A model generated the notes under the pieces. That model was not told the origin of the DNA. It did not search any database and saw nothing but the letters and a program-made list of their open reading frames with translations. Made by a program: the position numbers and the translations under genes. Positions 38,285-51,592 of a stretch of 64,000 bases of DNA are shown here, piece after piece. Positions within the stretch are counted from its first letter, which is position 1, and each line of letters begins with the position of its first letter. This DNA comes from Squalus acanthias (Eukaryota), in the NCBI GenBank assembly GCA_030390025.1, contig CM059432.1, forward strand, positions 34,846,001-34,910,000, written 5' to 3'.

Positions 38285-39934
38285 TATCTGGAGTGTTTGA
38301 TGGGATAATGTAGCGGGAGCTTTACTCTGTATCTAACTCATGCTGTACCTGACTTGGGAGTGTTTGATGGGCTAGTGTAGAAGGGTATTATTCTGTCTCG
38401 GTCCCGTGCTGTATTTGAACTGCGAATGAGTGGTTAATGGGAAGTGTAAACTCTGCATCAAGCCCATTCTTCACCTAATTTGGGGGAGTGAGGGGGAATT
38501 TTCCCAGCCTTGGGGAGGCAGGTATGGAGGCGGGACTGCTGGGAAAATGGCAGAAACTGGGAGCGGGTACCGACCCCGCTTCCAGCCCACCTCCGTGCCA
38601 TCTTTCCGGGAGGCGAGTCACGCAGGGACCCGTCTCCTCGAGGCAGGAAGGGGATTAGAGCCAATCAACTGTCTGTTAACAGATAGTTAACAGGCAGTTT
38701 TGAGGCTTTTCCCCATTTTACGCCTGCAAGTGCGGGCTTCCCGACGGCTGCGAACCTCGCCAGGGTCAGCGAAGCGAGCAGTGGGTCTGCGGGGGTGAAA
38801 GGGGTCGAAATGTCAGCTGTAGAGGTGAGTGATGGGTGCAAGTTTGGACAGGTAAGTATGAGAGGTGAGTGTAAAGTGTTGGAAAAAGTTTCCTTACCTT
38901 TGCTTCTTTCTGCAGGCTTCAACCTTTGGGGATCCGGAGGTGCCTCATCTCAACGGCAGAGATGACAGAATGGCTGCTGCATTCTCAGATGCAGCAGCCA
39001 TCTGCTTTCTGCTGAGGAGAGAGGTCTTGGTGAGCCTATGTGCAAGGGCTCACCTTAGAACAGAGATTGTCAGTGTTTGACAGCTTCTCAAAGCTGTCAA
39101 ACGCTGACAATTCATCTGTCAAAAAATTTGACAGATGAAGCGTCATACGCTGATGTCATCTGTCACCAGCTTTCCCTTAATTGGCCGGTAAGCCCGCAGG
39201 GCGGGCTTAACAAGGCCAATCAAGGGAAAATAGCGTGGGTTGGTCAGACGTCGCTGGGGACGGGACTGAAACCCGGAAACCAGAAGTCCCGCCTCCAGCA
39301 CGTCTCCATTGAGAAAATCCAGCCCCGAGTGTTTGATGAGGCAGCACATCTCTCACTTGAATTAATGGGAGGCCCCTCCTCCTCCCATTCCCATTAATTG
39401 GAACTTGGCAAGAGTAGAATTTTTTTGTTTCTGTTAAACTGAAGCTTTGAAGAATGTTAGCACAGCTTGATAGATTGTCATTCTGCCTCACTGATCAGCC
39501 CTGGAGCCGGTTGGACCCATCAGAGCCATAATTGCTGCAGAAAAAAATCACAGTTGGAGTCTCCTTGCTCTCACAGAGATTGGGTGAGTGGAAGCAGGCA
39601 GTGCCCAGGGTCCTCATCACATACGTCTGCCTTTGAATCAGACTAGACCTTGTCCAGGTGGCACGACATCTGGGCCAAGCAAGAACACTCAATGACAGAA
39701 CTTTGAGTCCTCGTCCCCTGGCACAGCAACAAGACTGATCGCAGCAGAGGAACAAGAGTGTGCTAATTACTGCCTCCCCACCTGTGGCTAGTCTGGGAGT
39801 CGGTGACTAGCACAGGGAGGTTTTTAGCATTTTCTGGTGGGGAGTTCCCCAGATAACCACTTCTCAGTATTTCCCATAATAGAAAAATCATTAACCTGCT
39901 AAAAAAAAAACATGTTTTCCTTTCTCTGATGTGA
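38285..39934 (-). repeat. Unclassified element: ~600-bp body plus 67-bp tandem array (copy 1, interrupted by a MITE)
   Basis: 39330-39934 is the reverse complement of 57282-57800/58620-58710; 38285-38488 is the 67-bp array. Confidence 0.75.
38489..39326 (+). mobile_element. Non-autonomous Harbinger related to 2630-4093
   Basis: Ends GGGGGAATTTTCC / GAAAATCCAGCCCC. The right subterminal block (TGATGTCATC...GGGCGGGCTTAACAAG) is shared with 3905-3990. Confidence 0.7.
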
Positions 39935-40426
39935 CAACAGGGACTTGTGTCCTGCAGTGAAGTTGGGGCATGTGACCGGTCATGCATCACTCACAGCTCA
40001 CTGCCAGTAGTGTGATCGAATTTGAACATAGGAACAGGAGTTGACCATTCAGTCCCCCGAGCCTGTTCCACCATTCAATTAGATCATGGCTGATCTGTAC
40101 CTGAACCCCAATTACCCGCCTTTGTTCATATGCCTTGATACCCTTACCTAATAAAAATCTGTCAATCTCAGTCTTGAAAGCTTCAATTGACCCAGCATCC
40201 ACCTTCTTTTGAGGCAGAAAGTTCCAGATTTCTACTACCATTTGTGTGAAAAACGCTTCCTGATTTTACTCCTGAATGGCCTAACTCTTATTTTAAGATT
40301 GTGTCTTCTTGTTCTGGATTCCCCCACCAGAGGAAATAGTTTCTTTGTATATAATCTTTCAAGTTTGTTTGTCAATTTAAAAATTTTGATCAGATCATCC
40401 CTCAACCTTCTATACTCAAGGGAATA

Positions 40427-40976
40427 CAGGAAACTTTTGTTTATCCGGCACCCAAATATCCGGAATTCTCGCTTAACCGGCAAAAATCAGGAGTAGGTTC
40501 AGGTAAGTTTTACTATACAGACAAGACCCCGATTCTGACCGTTCGCCCCCACGAAAGGGGGGTCAACGTTCTTCCGACTCGGACCTGTCGCCGCCACGGA
40601 GGAAGAAGCCGGAGTCTCGTGATTCGGAACACAGGCCCGGCTCGGGGAGCTCAGACCCATCGCCCCCTCGGTAGAGGCTGCCCTCCCGTAAGCCGGCTCC
40701 CTCAGGATATAAAGGGTGCGATGATGGTTGCGCTTGCCCCAAGCACTCTCTGCTCGGTTTCCACAAACTCTAAAAAATTGTTAAAACAATTGGAATACTG
40801 TAAAGGTTTCCTCCCATCGTGTTAGTTTACTTTCCCTCTCCGGGTCCCAATTTTTAAGCCTGTGGCCGTGTACGGGGCTCTCGTACCTTGGTAAGTATAC
40901 CTCTCTGTAATCCGGAACTTTCGATCAACCGGCACCACGCCGGTCCCGTCGGTGCCGGATAATAAAGAGTTTCCTG
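40427..40976. mobile_element. Tc1/mariner-superfamily (Tigger/pogo-like) MITE inserted in a CR1 3' fragment (40025-41030)
   Basis: TA TSD; 26-bp TIRs CAGGAAACTTTTGTTTATCCGGCACC, matching at 23/26. Confidence 0.88.
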
Positions 40977-42536
40977 TACAAGCCAAGTTTATGCAACCTG
41001 TCCTCATAATTTATCCCTTTAAGCCCTGTTTTCCAATTGCTGTCAGTTGCCAAAAACAAACAGGTTATAATAAGTCTCCAAAATACTCAGTCCAACATTT
41101 TAATTGTTCATCTCCTTCAAAAGAAATGGTTTTACACAAAGGAAGTATTATGGAATAAACATATCGATGTGAAAACCTACTGTTTTAATATGTGGTAGCT
41201 CTAATTTTAAGATTTTGCCCTGGATGGGGGTGAGAAACCTTGAATGAGATAGTTTCCTCTCTTCCAGAGAGTGACTGTACTAGGAAATTCTAACATGGCC
41301 CATCAGTCTCTTTCAGTTTTGTTTTGGCCAGAACCACACTGGTTCAGTGATTACATGGTTCAGTCTTTCCCTCTCTCTAGTCTCTCAGGCTTTACAGTTT
41401 TCATTAGCCTTTGAAATGCGTGAACTCCAGGGTGTAAAATAGTGAAGAACGAGGCCAAAGATCCACAGCCCTTTCAGCATACAACTATGGGGCTTGCTCG
41501 GCCACTTCAAATGACAGTTAAGAGTCAACCACACTGGTGTGGGACTGCATTCACATATAGGCCTGATCGGGTAAGGACGGCAGGTCTCCTTCCCTAAAGG
41601 ACATGAGTGAACCAGTTGGGTTTTAACAATAATTAAACAGCTTCATGATCACTTTTACTGATACCAGCTTTGAATTTCCAGATTTTTAAAAAACTGAATT
41701 CAAATTCTCAAACTGCCATGGTGGGAGTTGAACTCACATTCTCTGGATCACTAGTCCAGTAATATAACCGCTACACTACATTACCATGCTTCCCTGATTG
41801 TCCTGGCATCTCTGCTGCTGAAACCCTTAACTAAGTCTTCATTACCTCGAGGACATGCAATGCTCTGCTCACTGACCTTCACCATACCTGTTGAACACTC
41901 TCCAAACCCCAGCCCTTCCTCTCCACTATGCTGCCTCTGGTTTGGTTTGCACTCCCTACATTTCACCATCAGAGGCTGCTCTTCAGTCACCATCACCCGC
42001 CTCTCTGGAATTCTCTGCTGGAGTCACTTTGCCTCACCACCTCTATCTCCCTTCCGAAGCTTCCTGAAGATGTAGCTCTCTTTCTCAGATGCCTCCTCTC
42101 CAACCTCTCTCCCTGTTGGAGCTGGGTGACGTCCTCTTTACCTGTAAACAGGACATGAGGACCAGGTTGCTGTTGTGAGATACACAAAGCAGCACTGCTG
42201 CTGCTGCCTCCAGGTGCATCTAGGGGACAGCAGCACCCCAGCGACCACATCAACACTGCCGCCGGAGGCAGAGTCACCATCTTAACTGGGCTAATCGGCT
42301 CGGAAAGGTCAAGGATGCCGGGGCCGATATTAACCCAGCCCATGCAAATCCCAACCACTTCCGATATTAACCTGCAGGATTTTGCAGGCGGATGAGGCGG
42401 CAGGTGTGGGGGGAGCCTCAGAACTTTATCCTAGTACGTCAGTCAGACTCCGATGCATGCTTTAACTGAGGGGTGAGCGGTGAAGCAGGTCTGCAGCTGG
42501 TCTGAAGATAGAAGAGGTCCTTCTGATGAGTCTTAT

Positions 42537-43381
42537 GGGCTGGATTTTGAATGACCCATGGAGTCGGGTTTGGAGGCGTGTGGAGGGTTAAATTTGCGGG
42601 GTCGGGGTTTCCGACCCCATCCCGACTCCATCCCGCCTCCACGCAATTTTGACATAATCAGTCGCGGTGTTCCCGACTCCGTCCCGCCTTCAAGAGGCGG
42701 GAGAGGCCATTAAAGCCCTTAACAAGCTCTAAATTGGCTCTGTAATGCCATTTTGAAACGCTGTAGCTAGTTTAACCCTCTTCTGACGTGAAGCACGCCT
42801 GGTGTGAAACACTCCAGTGAAAGCTGGCGGGAGCACAAGTGGATAGCGGACTATCTGCTGCAGGTCCACTATTACAACGGAGATGTGTGATGAAGGTTGT
42901 AGTAGTATTAGGTCTGAACGTCGCCTCTGATGCTGCTGCATTGAATGTCTTCAGATACTGCCTGGGAGGACTTGCTTGGCAAAAAAATTCTCTCTCTCTC
43001 TCTCTCTCTCTCCCTCTCCCTCTCCCTCTCCCTCTCCCTCTCCCTCTCCCTCTCCCTCTCCCTCTCCCTCTCCCTTTCCCTCTCCCTCTCCACCACCCCC
43101 CCCGCCACCCCCACCCCCATTCCAGGTCCACTCACATCAAAAGCCAGGCAAGTCCTCTCTCACCAACAGTCTCTGAGACTAGGCAGTCAGCAATGATGAC
43201 ATCATCAGAGGCGCCTTTCAGACTGAAACCACTAATTAGTTCATGGGTTCCCACATGCTCCAACTCAATTGCCCAATTAAGTGAAAATTGCATCAGGCAT
43301 CCACATTAATCTGGAGTCGGGGGGGAAACACGAAATGCGGATTACACGACCCCAACCCGACCCCAAGACAAAATCCTGCCC
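42537..43381. mobile_element. Harbinger-type MITE with an internal (CT)n/(CTCTCC)n tract, apparently nested in an older MITE (~42285-43725)
   Basis: TIRs GGGCTGGATTTTG / CAAAATCCTGCCC (12/13); TAT TSD. Confidence 0.85.
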
Positions 43382-43885
43382 TATATCTTTCCCTTGTTGG
43401 GCCAGGAGGATTTCTCCTACGGGCCTCACAAGAAAGTTATGGCCTCCCCTGCCCCGGAATCGCCCCAAACCTCTGTAAGACTTTCCCCAACCCCCTCCCT
43501 GCCTACCTAGAAGTGAGCAGGTGGCCAAGGGCCTCCTGATCCTCACCTGCTAGCAGCCACCCTGGCCCCTCTATACACCAGTTTAAGGGAGGAAGTGGAC
43601 TGGCGGTATTTAAATGGATCCTGGCAGTTAAATTAACCATGGCCTCCTGCTCCCTCTGCCGAGTGGGAAACTAACTCACCGGAGCAGTTTCCCACCGGAA
43701 ACCCACTCCAAATTAAATCCACCCCACATTCTCTCACTGGCCCGTATGAATTTTCCCCAGTCAGAAACAAACTCATGGGTAGTCAGTTTAAGACACCGTC
43801 CATGCGCAGTCCTTTTCCCAGTGCTCTGATGTAATCAAACCTGCCGCACGATATAAATGGGATGGTTTCCATGGCGCTAGGACTC

Positions 43886-46352
43886 CATCAACGTAGCCCC
43901 AAAACAACGGCGGCAACTGAAGCAATGCCGCAGGAAAATCAACGCTGGAGCTCTCAAAGACCCTGCTAAGAAAGCCCTGTTCAGCCTGCGCCTCACAACC
44001 AACCTAACGACTCCCAGTGATGCAGAGACACAGAGTGTCCACAGCGCCTGGTCTGCACTCAAGGCCTCCATAATCAGCACCTGTGAAGAGACACTCGGTC
44101 ACTCGACCACGAAACACCAAGACTGGTTCGACGAGAACGACCAGGAGATCCAGGAGCTAATAAGTCGCAAGCGCAAGGCATTCCTGATCTGGAAACAGCA
44201 ACAGAACTCGAGAGCAAGAAAGCAGCTCTACAGACGCCTGAAGGCCGAGGTCCAACAAAAAACTCGTGACCTAAAGAACAGATGGTGGGTGGAGAAAGCG
44301 TAGGAGATCCAGCAGCTAGCCGACAACCACAACATGCATGGATTCTTTAGCGCAGTCAAGATCACCTACAGCCCAAGCACCCAAGGTCCAACCCCACTGC
44401 GGGCCAAGAACGGAGAGATACTCATCAAGGACAGAGAGGCAGTCAGTGCCCGCTGGAAGGAGCACTTCGAAGATCTCCTTAACGGAGACTCATTCTTCGA
44501 CGCGAGTGTCCTCAACTCCATCCCGCAGCATGCTACTCGCCACCACCTCGCATAACCCCAGCCCGGCATAAGGTTGAAAAGGCCATCCGACAACTGAAGA
44601 ACAACAAGGCCTCAGGAGCAGATGGAATCCCCGCCGAGGCACTTAAACATGGCGGAGAAGCACTATTGGCGCGAATACATGAACTAATTTCTCTTATTTG
44701 GAAGGAGGAGAGCATGACAGGGGATCTCAGAGACGCCATAATCATGACCATCTTCAAAAAAGGTGACAAGTCCGATTGCGGTAATTACAGAGGAGTCTCC
44801 CTGATGTCTGCCACAGGGAAAGTCATCGCAAGAATCCTCCTCAATCGCTTTCTCCCAGTGGCTGAAGAGCTCCTCCCAGAGTCGCAATGCGGATTCCGCC
44901 CACTAAGGGGCACAATGGACATGATCGTCACCGCGCGTCAACTACAAGAGAAATGCAGGGAACAGCACCAACCATTGTACATGGCCTTCTTTGATCTCAC
45001 AAAGGCCTTCGACACTGTCAACCGTGAGGGATTATGGAGTGTCCTCCTCAAATTCAGCTGCCCTCAAAAGTTTGTCACCATCCTCCGCCTGCTTCACGAT
45101 GACATGCAAGCCGTGATCCTGACCAACGGATCCACCACAGACCCAATTCACGTATGGACCGGGGTCAAGCAAGGCTGTGTCATCGCACCAACGCTCTTCT
45201 CGATCTTCCTGGCTGCAATGCTCCATCTCACCCTCAGTAAGCTCCCCACTGGAGTGGAGCTAATTTACAGAACAAACGGGAAACTGTTCAACCTCCGTCG
45301 CCTCCAGTCCAGATCCAAGGTCGTCCCATCCTCTGTCATCGAATTACAGTACACAGACGACGCTTGCGTCTGCGCTCACTCGGAGGTCGAACTCCAAACC
45401 ATTGTCAACACCTGCACCGAAGCGTATGAGAGAATGTGCCTTACACTAAACATCCGTAAGACAAAGTCCTCTACCAACCTGCCCCCGCCACGCAGGACTG
45501 CTCCCCGATTATCAAAATCCATGACGAGGCCTTGGACAACGTGGACCACTTTCCATACCTCGGGAGCCTACTGTCAACAAGGGCAGACGTCGACGACGAA
45601 GTCCAACACCGCCTTCAGTGTGCCAGTGCAGCCTTCGGTCGCCTGAGGAAGAGAGTGTTTGAAGACCAGGACCTCAAACGCAGCACCAAGCTTATGGTCT
45701 ACAGAGCAGTAGTGATGCCCGCCCTCCTGTATGCTTCAGAGACATGGACCATGTACAGCAGGCACCTCAAAGCACTGGAGAGGTACCACCAACGCTGCCT
45801 CCGCAAGATCCTGCAAATCCATTGGCAGGATAGGCGCACCAATGTCAGTGTTCTCGCTCAGGCCAACATCCCCAGCATCGAAGCTTTGACCACGCTCGAT
45901 CAGCTCCGATGGACGGGCCACATCGTCTGCATGCCTGATACGAGACTCCCAAAACAAGCGCTCTACTCGGAGCACCGACACGGCAAGAGAGCCCCAGGTG
46001 GGCAGAGGAAACGCTTCAAGGACACCCTCAAAGCCTCCTTGAAAAAGTGTAACATCCCCACCGACACCTGGGAATCCCTGGCCCAAGACCGCACAAAGTG
46101 GAGGAGAAGCATCCGGGAAGGCGCCGAACACCTTGAGTCTCTTCGCCGGGAGCAAGCGGAAGCCAAGCACAAACAGTGGAAGGAGCGCACGTCAACCCAA
46201 GCACCCCACCCACCCGCCCCTTCAACCACCGTCTGCCCCACCTGTGACAGAGACTGTCGGTCCCGCATTGGACTCATCAGTCACCTGAGAACTCATTTTT
46301 AATGTGGAAGCAAGTCATCCTCGGTTCTGAGGGACTGCCTAAGAAGAAGAAG
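43886..46352 (+). mobile_element. 5'-truncated RTE-clade LINE (RT plus C-terminal C2H2-like motif), disrupted
   Basis: NYRGVSL, FFDLTKAFD, GVKQGCVIAPTLF, LQYTDD, CPTCDRDCRSRIGLISHLRTH; (GAA)n tail; 7-bp TSD AGGACTC (43879-43885, 46353-46359). Confidence 0.95.
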
Positions 46353-48407
46353 AGGACTCTCGCCAGTATTGGTGTGCAAATAGACCACCGGTGTAATTTG
46401 CTTGTAAACGCCTCTTCCTCAGGAATAGTCGGAGCCTTATCCCAAGTGGAGGAAGATTCAGGCAAGGATTGTAAAAGATTAACAAAAGTGCAACAAACTG
46501 GGTAAGGAACTTCCTTTATTTAGCGACTTTTTGCATCTCAAAACGCTTCACAGTTACTTTGCAGTGCACTGTCTGTTGTTATGCAGGCAGCCATTTTGCA
46601 CACAGCAATAACCCATGAACAACAAAGTGAAGTCCAGGTGAGGGACGCCATTCGTCCCATCTAGCTCGTTAGTACTGTCAAACCCAGCACTCCCACTGCA
46701 GTAATGGGGTACTCCACGACACAGTCTTAATGTTGCCAAAATCCAGGATCCCAACCTTCACGCTGAAGCTGGAAAATCTCAGGACCATTCCCCTTGTTCT
46801 TCCAGTGGTACAAAGACCAGGACAACTTTTACGTGTCAGCCATGACTCAGTGGTCGCACTCTCGCCTCTGATTCACAAGGTTGTGACTTCAAGCACTACT
46901 CCAGAGGCTTTAGTTAATAATCTAGACACTCCCAGTGCAGTACTGAGGGAGTGCTGCAATGTCGGAGGTGCCGTCATTCAGATGAGACATTAAACCGAGT
47001 TCCCATTTGCTCTCTCAGGTGGACGTAAATGATATCATGGCACTATATCGAAGAAGAAAAGGGGAGTTTTCCCTGGTGTCCTGGCCAATAATTATCCCTC
47101 AGCCAACATCAATAAAACAGATTATCTTATAATTTATCTCATTGACTGTAAAGTGCTTTGAGACATCCTGAAGTTGTGAAAGGAGCTATATAAATGGAAG
47201 TCCTTGTTTTCCTTAGTGCTGCTAAATCCCTGACCTAACGATGGAAGGATATTTTTCCTCTCCCAAAGGTACTGAGGCATACTCCGCCGCTCCCGATGCC
47301 TCTACTGGCTCTAACCCTGAAGATCAGTCCCCAGACATGAGCTCTCACGGCAAGTTAGTTTGGATAGTTAAAGGATTTCAGACGTGATTGGCGAAGAGAA
47401 AAATGGAAAAAGTCTGAATAAAAGCAAAGAGATTACAAAATGACACTGAGCCATTCTAGCTCTCAACCTCTTTATCTAAGCTATGATTATTTCCTTTTAG
47501 CACTGAAAATTGGTGCCCAGCATTATACTGAACATGTTTTAAAGAAAATAGCCCATCTCCCACAGTGCACAATTGGGTAATTATACTCATGCTGAAAGCA
47601 CACTGAGGTCTTAACATGATTGGAGTCGTGAATACTGGGAGGTTCACAATTAGCTTTAGTGCAGATAATTGACAGCCCAAGGCATAGTCTTGAGGTTTAA
47701 CAAGAGCTGCAATGCCTAGAATACAACATTTAAAAAAATGCTGGAGGTACGCAACAGGTTGACTGGTATCGGTAAAGAGAAAACACAGGTTACATGGTAA
47801 CAGTTTCAGACAGGAGAAAACCATTGGTCCATCTAGCACACCTATGCGCATTGTTCCCATGGTGCATTTCTGTTAACCCTGAATACCATTTGTTGACAAG
47901 AACCTAAAAACCTTCATAAAAAAAGTTGCTCCTGTGTTTCCTAATGTCCTTAATTTGTAAATGTGACCCTTTACGCTTAAATTCTGTACACTTCAGAAAA
48001 GATTAGCCAAACCATACACTCCCTCCACCACCGGCATACCGTGCCTGCAGTGTGTACCATCTACAAGATGCACTGCAGCAACTTGCCAAGGCTTCTTCGA
48101 CAGCACCTCCCAAACCTGTGACTTTCACCACCTAGAAGGACAAGGGCAGCAGGCGCATGGGAACATCGGCACCTCCACGTTCTCCTCCAATTCACACACC
48201 ATCCTGTTTAGAAATATACCACCGTTCCTTCATCGTCGCTGGGTCAAAATCATGGAATTCCCTACCTAACATCACTGTGGGAGTACCTTACCTATACGGA
48301 CTGCAGCAGTTCAAGAAGAAGGCCCTTCATCACTTTCTCAAGTGCACCTAGCGATGGACAATAAATGCCGTCTTGTCAGCGATGCCCACGTCGCAAGAAT
48401 GGATATT

Positions 48408-49043
48408 CATAGAATCATAGAAGATAGGAGTAGGAGTAGGCCATTCGGCCCCTCTAGCCTGCTCCGCCATTCAATGCGATCATGGCTGATCATCCAAATT
48501 CAGTACCCTGTCCCTGCTTTCTCCCCATATCCCTTGATCCCTTTAGCCTTAAGAAATATATCCAACTCCTTCTTGAATCTATTTAATGAATTGGCCTCTA
48601 CTGCCTTCTGTGGCAGAGAATTCCACAGGTTCACCACTCTCTGGGTGAAGAAATTCCTCCTCATTTCTGTCCTAAATGGCTTACCCCTTATCCTTAGACT
48701 GTGACCCCTGGTTCTGGACTCCCCGACCATCGGGAACATCCTTCCTGCATCTAGTTTGTCCTGTCCTGTCCTGTCAGAATTTTATAAGTTTCAATGAGAT
48801 CCCCTCTCATTCTTCTAAACTCCAGCGAGTATAAGCCCAATCGTCCCAATCTCTCTTCATACGTCATTCCTGCCATCCCAGGTATCAGCCTTGTGAATCT
48901 TCGCTGAACTCCTTCCATGGCAAGAACATCCTTCCTCAGATAAGGCGACCAAAACTGCACACAGTACTCAAGGTGTGGTCTCACCAAGGCCCTGTACAAC
49001 TGCAGCAAGACATCCTTGTTCCTGTACTCAAACCCTCTCGCTA
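48408..49043 (-). mobile_element. CR1 3' fragment
   Basis: LYRALVRPHLEYCVQFWSP...RRMRGDLIE; tail at 48408. Confidence 0.9.
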
Positions 49044-50201
49044 TTTTGTCTAAGGGTTAGTTAAGGTTTGGGGTGCATTCCTGTCATCAGAACTGAAGAC
49101 TGAGAGAGATAAATGGACCTTTTAGACATGTTGGAAAAAAGAAGGGGGAGGAGTGGAGAGGAGAGGAGGGGTGAGTTCATGGGTGAAAGGACCTGAAAAC
49201 TGCTCAATAGAAATAATGAGGTGATAGGAACGATCTTTAATGAGATCCTGCAGACATAGACAGGTCAAAAGAATGTGTAAATACTGGGCTGAGGGGTGAA
49301 AAGAGTCGATGTACAAGAAAAGCATGGGAAATAAAGAAACAATAAAGAAGGAGGAAAAACATAAGCGAGGGATGTGCTCGTTCAATCCCAGTATTGCTCT
49401 TGCTAGTTCCATAGTTTTAATAGAGGATATCCCCAGATACATAGCTGCCCCCAGAAAAAGAGAATACTTGTAAATCCCCAGGCCAGGCGTGCTGGGAGTG
49501 GAGAAAAAGGCAAATACAAAAAATGGGAGAAAGAGAGAAAAAGAGAATGCCGGAGAACAAGAGGAAGGGAAAGAAGGGAAGAGAATGTATCACTGTCAGT
49601 GAGCATCCCCTGCCACCCAGGGGACAGACTTGTTACTTTAAGATATTTTCCTGTTTTGTTGTGGGTCACCGCCTCAGGTTATACAGCTCCCAGCGGAAAA
49701 TCTCTCAACTCAGATTTGTCCGATGTTGACAGCTGTGGCAGTAGATTAAGATAGAAGGTTTAGTTACAGTGTACAGAGGCAATGTACACTGTTAGCACAG
49801 GCCAGATGGGCTGGAATCAATGAGGCAATGAGTGTTTGTGGCAGATGTGTTGGCACCATAAAGAGCATGTGAATTGAACTAAGAATTGGAGAATACGATG
49901 GATGAAATGACAAAAAGCTGTGAGAGGGGTCAGAGATTCTGAAAGTGAGCACTCTTGCCTCTGAGTCAGTTGTGAGTTTAAGTCACACTCCAGAGACTTT
50001 AGCACAAAATTGAGGCTGCCACTCCAGTGCAGTATTGAAGTAACGCTGTTGGAGGTGCTGTCTTTCTGATGAGATGTTAAACTGAGGCTCATCTTGCCTC
50101 TAAGGTGGGAGTAAAAGTTCCCATGGCACTATTCGAAGAAGAGCAGGGAAGTTCTCCCAGTTTCCTGGCCAATATTTATCCCTCAACCAACATCACTAAA
50201 A

Positions 50202-50324
50202 TCTGACGAAGGGTCATCGACCTGAAACGTTATCTCTCCACAGATGCTGCCTGACCTGCTGAGTATTTCCAGCATTTTCTGTTTTTATTTCAGATTTCCT
50301 GCATCCGCAGTATTTTGCTTTTGT
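50202..50324 (+). mobile_element. 123-bp Penelope-like insertion (family 2) starting at a hammerhead core
   Basis: 10-bp TSD ATCACTAAAA (50192-50201, 50325-50334) inside a Deu-SINE; begins TCTGACGAAGGGTCATCGACCTGAAACGTT. Confidence 0.8.
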
Positions 50325-51056
50325 ATCACTAAAAAACAGATTATCTGGTCATTATCACATTGCTGTTTGTGGGTTATTGCTGTGCACAAATTAGCTGCTG
50401 CATTTCCTACATTATATCAGTGACTATATTTCAAAAGTACTTAATTGGCTGTAAACACTTTGGGACGTCCTGAGGTTGTGAAAGGTGCTATATAATTTCA
50501 TTCTTTCTTTCCATAGTTTCCCCAATCTAAGTTTATCTTCTAACTACACTTTTTGAGGAAAATGGTAGTAAGGGAAAGTGGGAGCTAGCGGGGGTCAAAA
50601 ACCGTAGTGAGACAGTGAGAGACTGCTTGGTAGGAAACAAATGGAGGAACAAGGAAGGAGAGAGACAGATTGAAAAAGAAAGGATGAGAGAAGGGTAGTG
50701 AGAAACATGGAGAGAAAGAAGGAAGGAGATAGAAAATAGAGGGCGAGAAACAAAGAGATGATGAGAAAGGTGAGAAACATTGAAGGAAAGGACAGAGGAA
50801 GGGAGATAGGGTGGCAGAGTACCTTAGCTCCACTGGTACAACTATCAGCTTTGAGGGTGAAAATGGGTGATAGTGAATCGGCAGCCTGTTTTACCAATGG
50901 CCAAGTTGAAACAGGGCACTATTTCAACTTGTCTTGAACAGTAGAACTAGAGGACATGGCCTGCGTTTGAAGGGGGGTAAATTCAAAACTAATCTGTGGA
51001 AATAATATTTCAGTCAGTGACTGGTCAATCTATGGAACAGGTTCCCTAGTGAGACA

Positions 51057-51592
51057 ACAACAAGAACTACGACAACAACTTGCATTTATATGGCGCCTTT
51101 AACATAGTAAAACATCCCAAGGCACTGCACAGGAGTATTATAAGACAAAAAATTTGACACTGAGCCACATAAGGATAATTAGGGCAGATGACCAAAAGCT
51201 TGGTCAAAGAGGTAGGTTTTAAGGAGCGTCTTAAAGGAGGAAAGAGAGGTAGCAAGGTGGACAGGTTTAGGGAAGGAATTCCAGAGCTTAGGGCCTAGGC
51301 AACAGAAGGCACGGCCACCAATGGTTGAGCAATTATAATCAGGGATGCTCAGGAGGGCCGAATTAGAGGAGCGCAGATATCTCGGGGGGATTGTGGGGCT
51401 GAAGGAGATTTCAGAGATAGGGAGGGGCAAGGCCATGGAGGGATTTGAAAACAAGGATGAGAATTTTGAAATCGAGGCGCTGCTTAACCGGGAGCCAATG
51501 TAAGTCAGTGAGCACAGGGGTGATGGGCGAATGGGACTTGGTGCGAGTTAGGACACGGGCAGCTGAGTTTTGGATGACCTCAAGTTTACGTA
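51057..51592 (-). mobile_element. L2 3' fragment inserted into an old CR1 (50920-51945)
   Basis: L2 ORF2 C-terminus; GAGACA duplicated at 51051-51056 and 51593-51598. Confidence 0.88.

Noticed and set aside
46423..46501. Exon-like segment (CTTCCTCAG...GTAAGG)
   Set aside because: No similarity to TMIE exon 3 or any protein I recognise; 79 nt would shift the frame. At most a cryptic exon.
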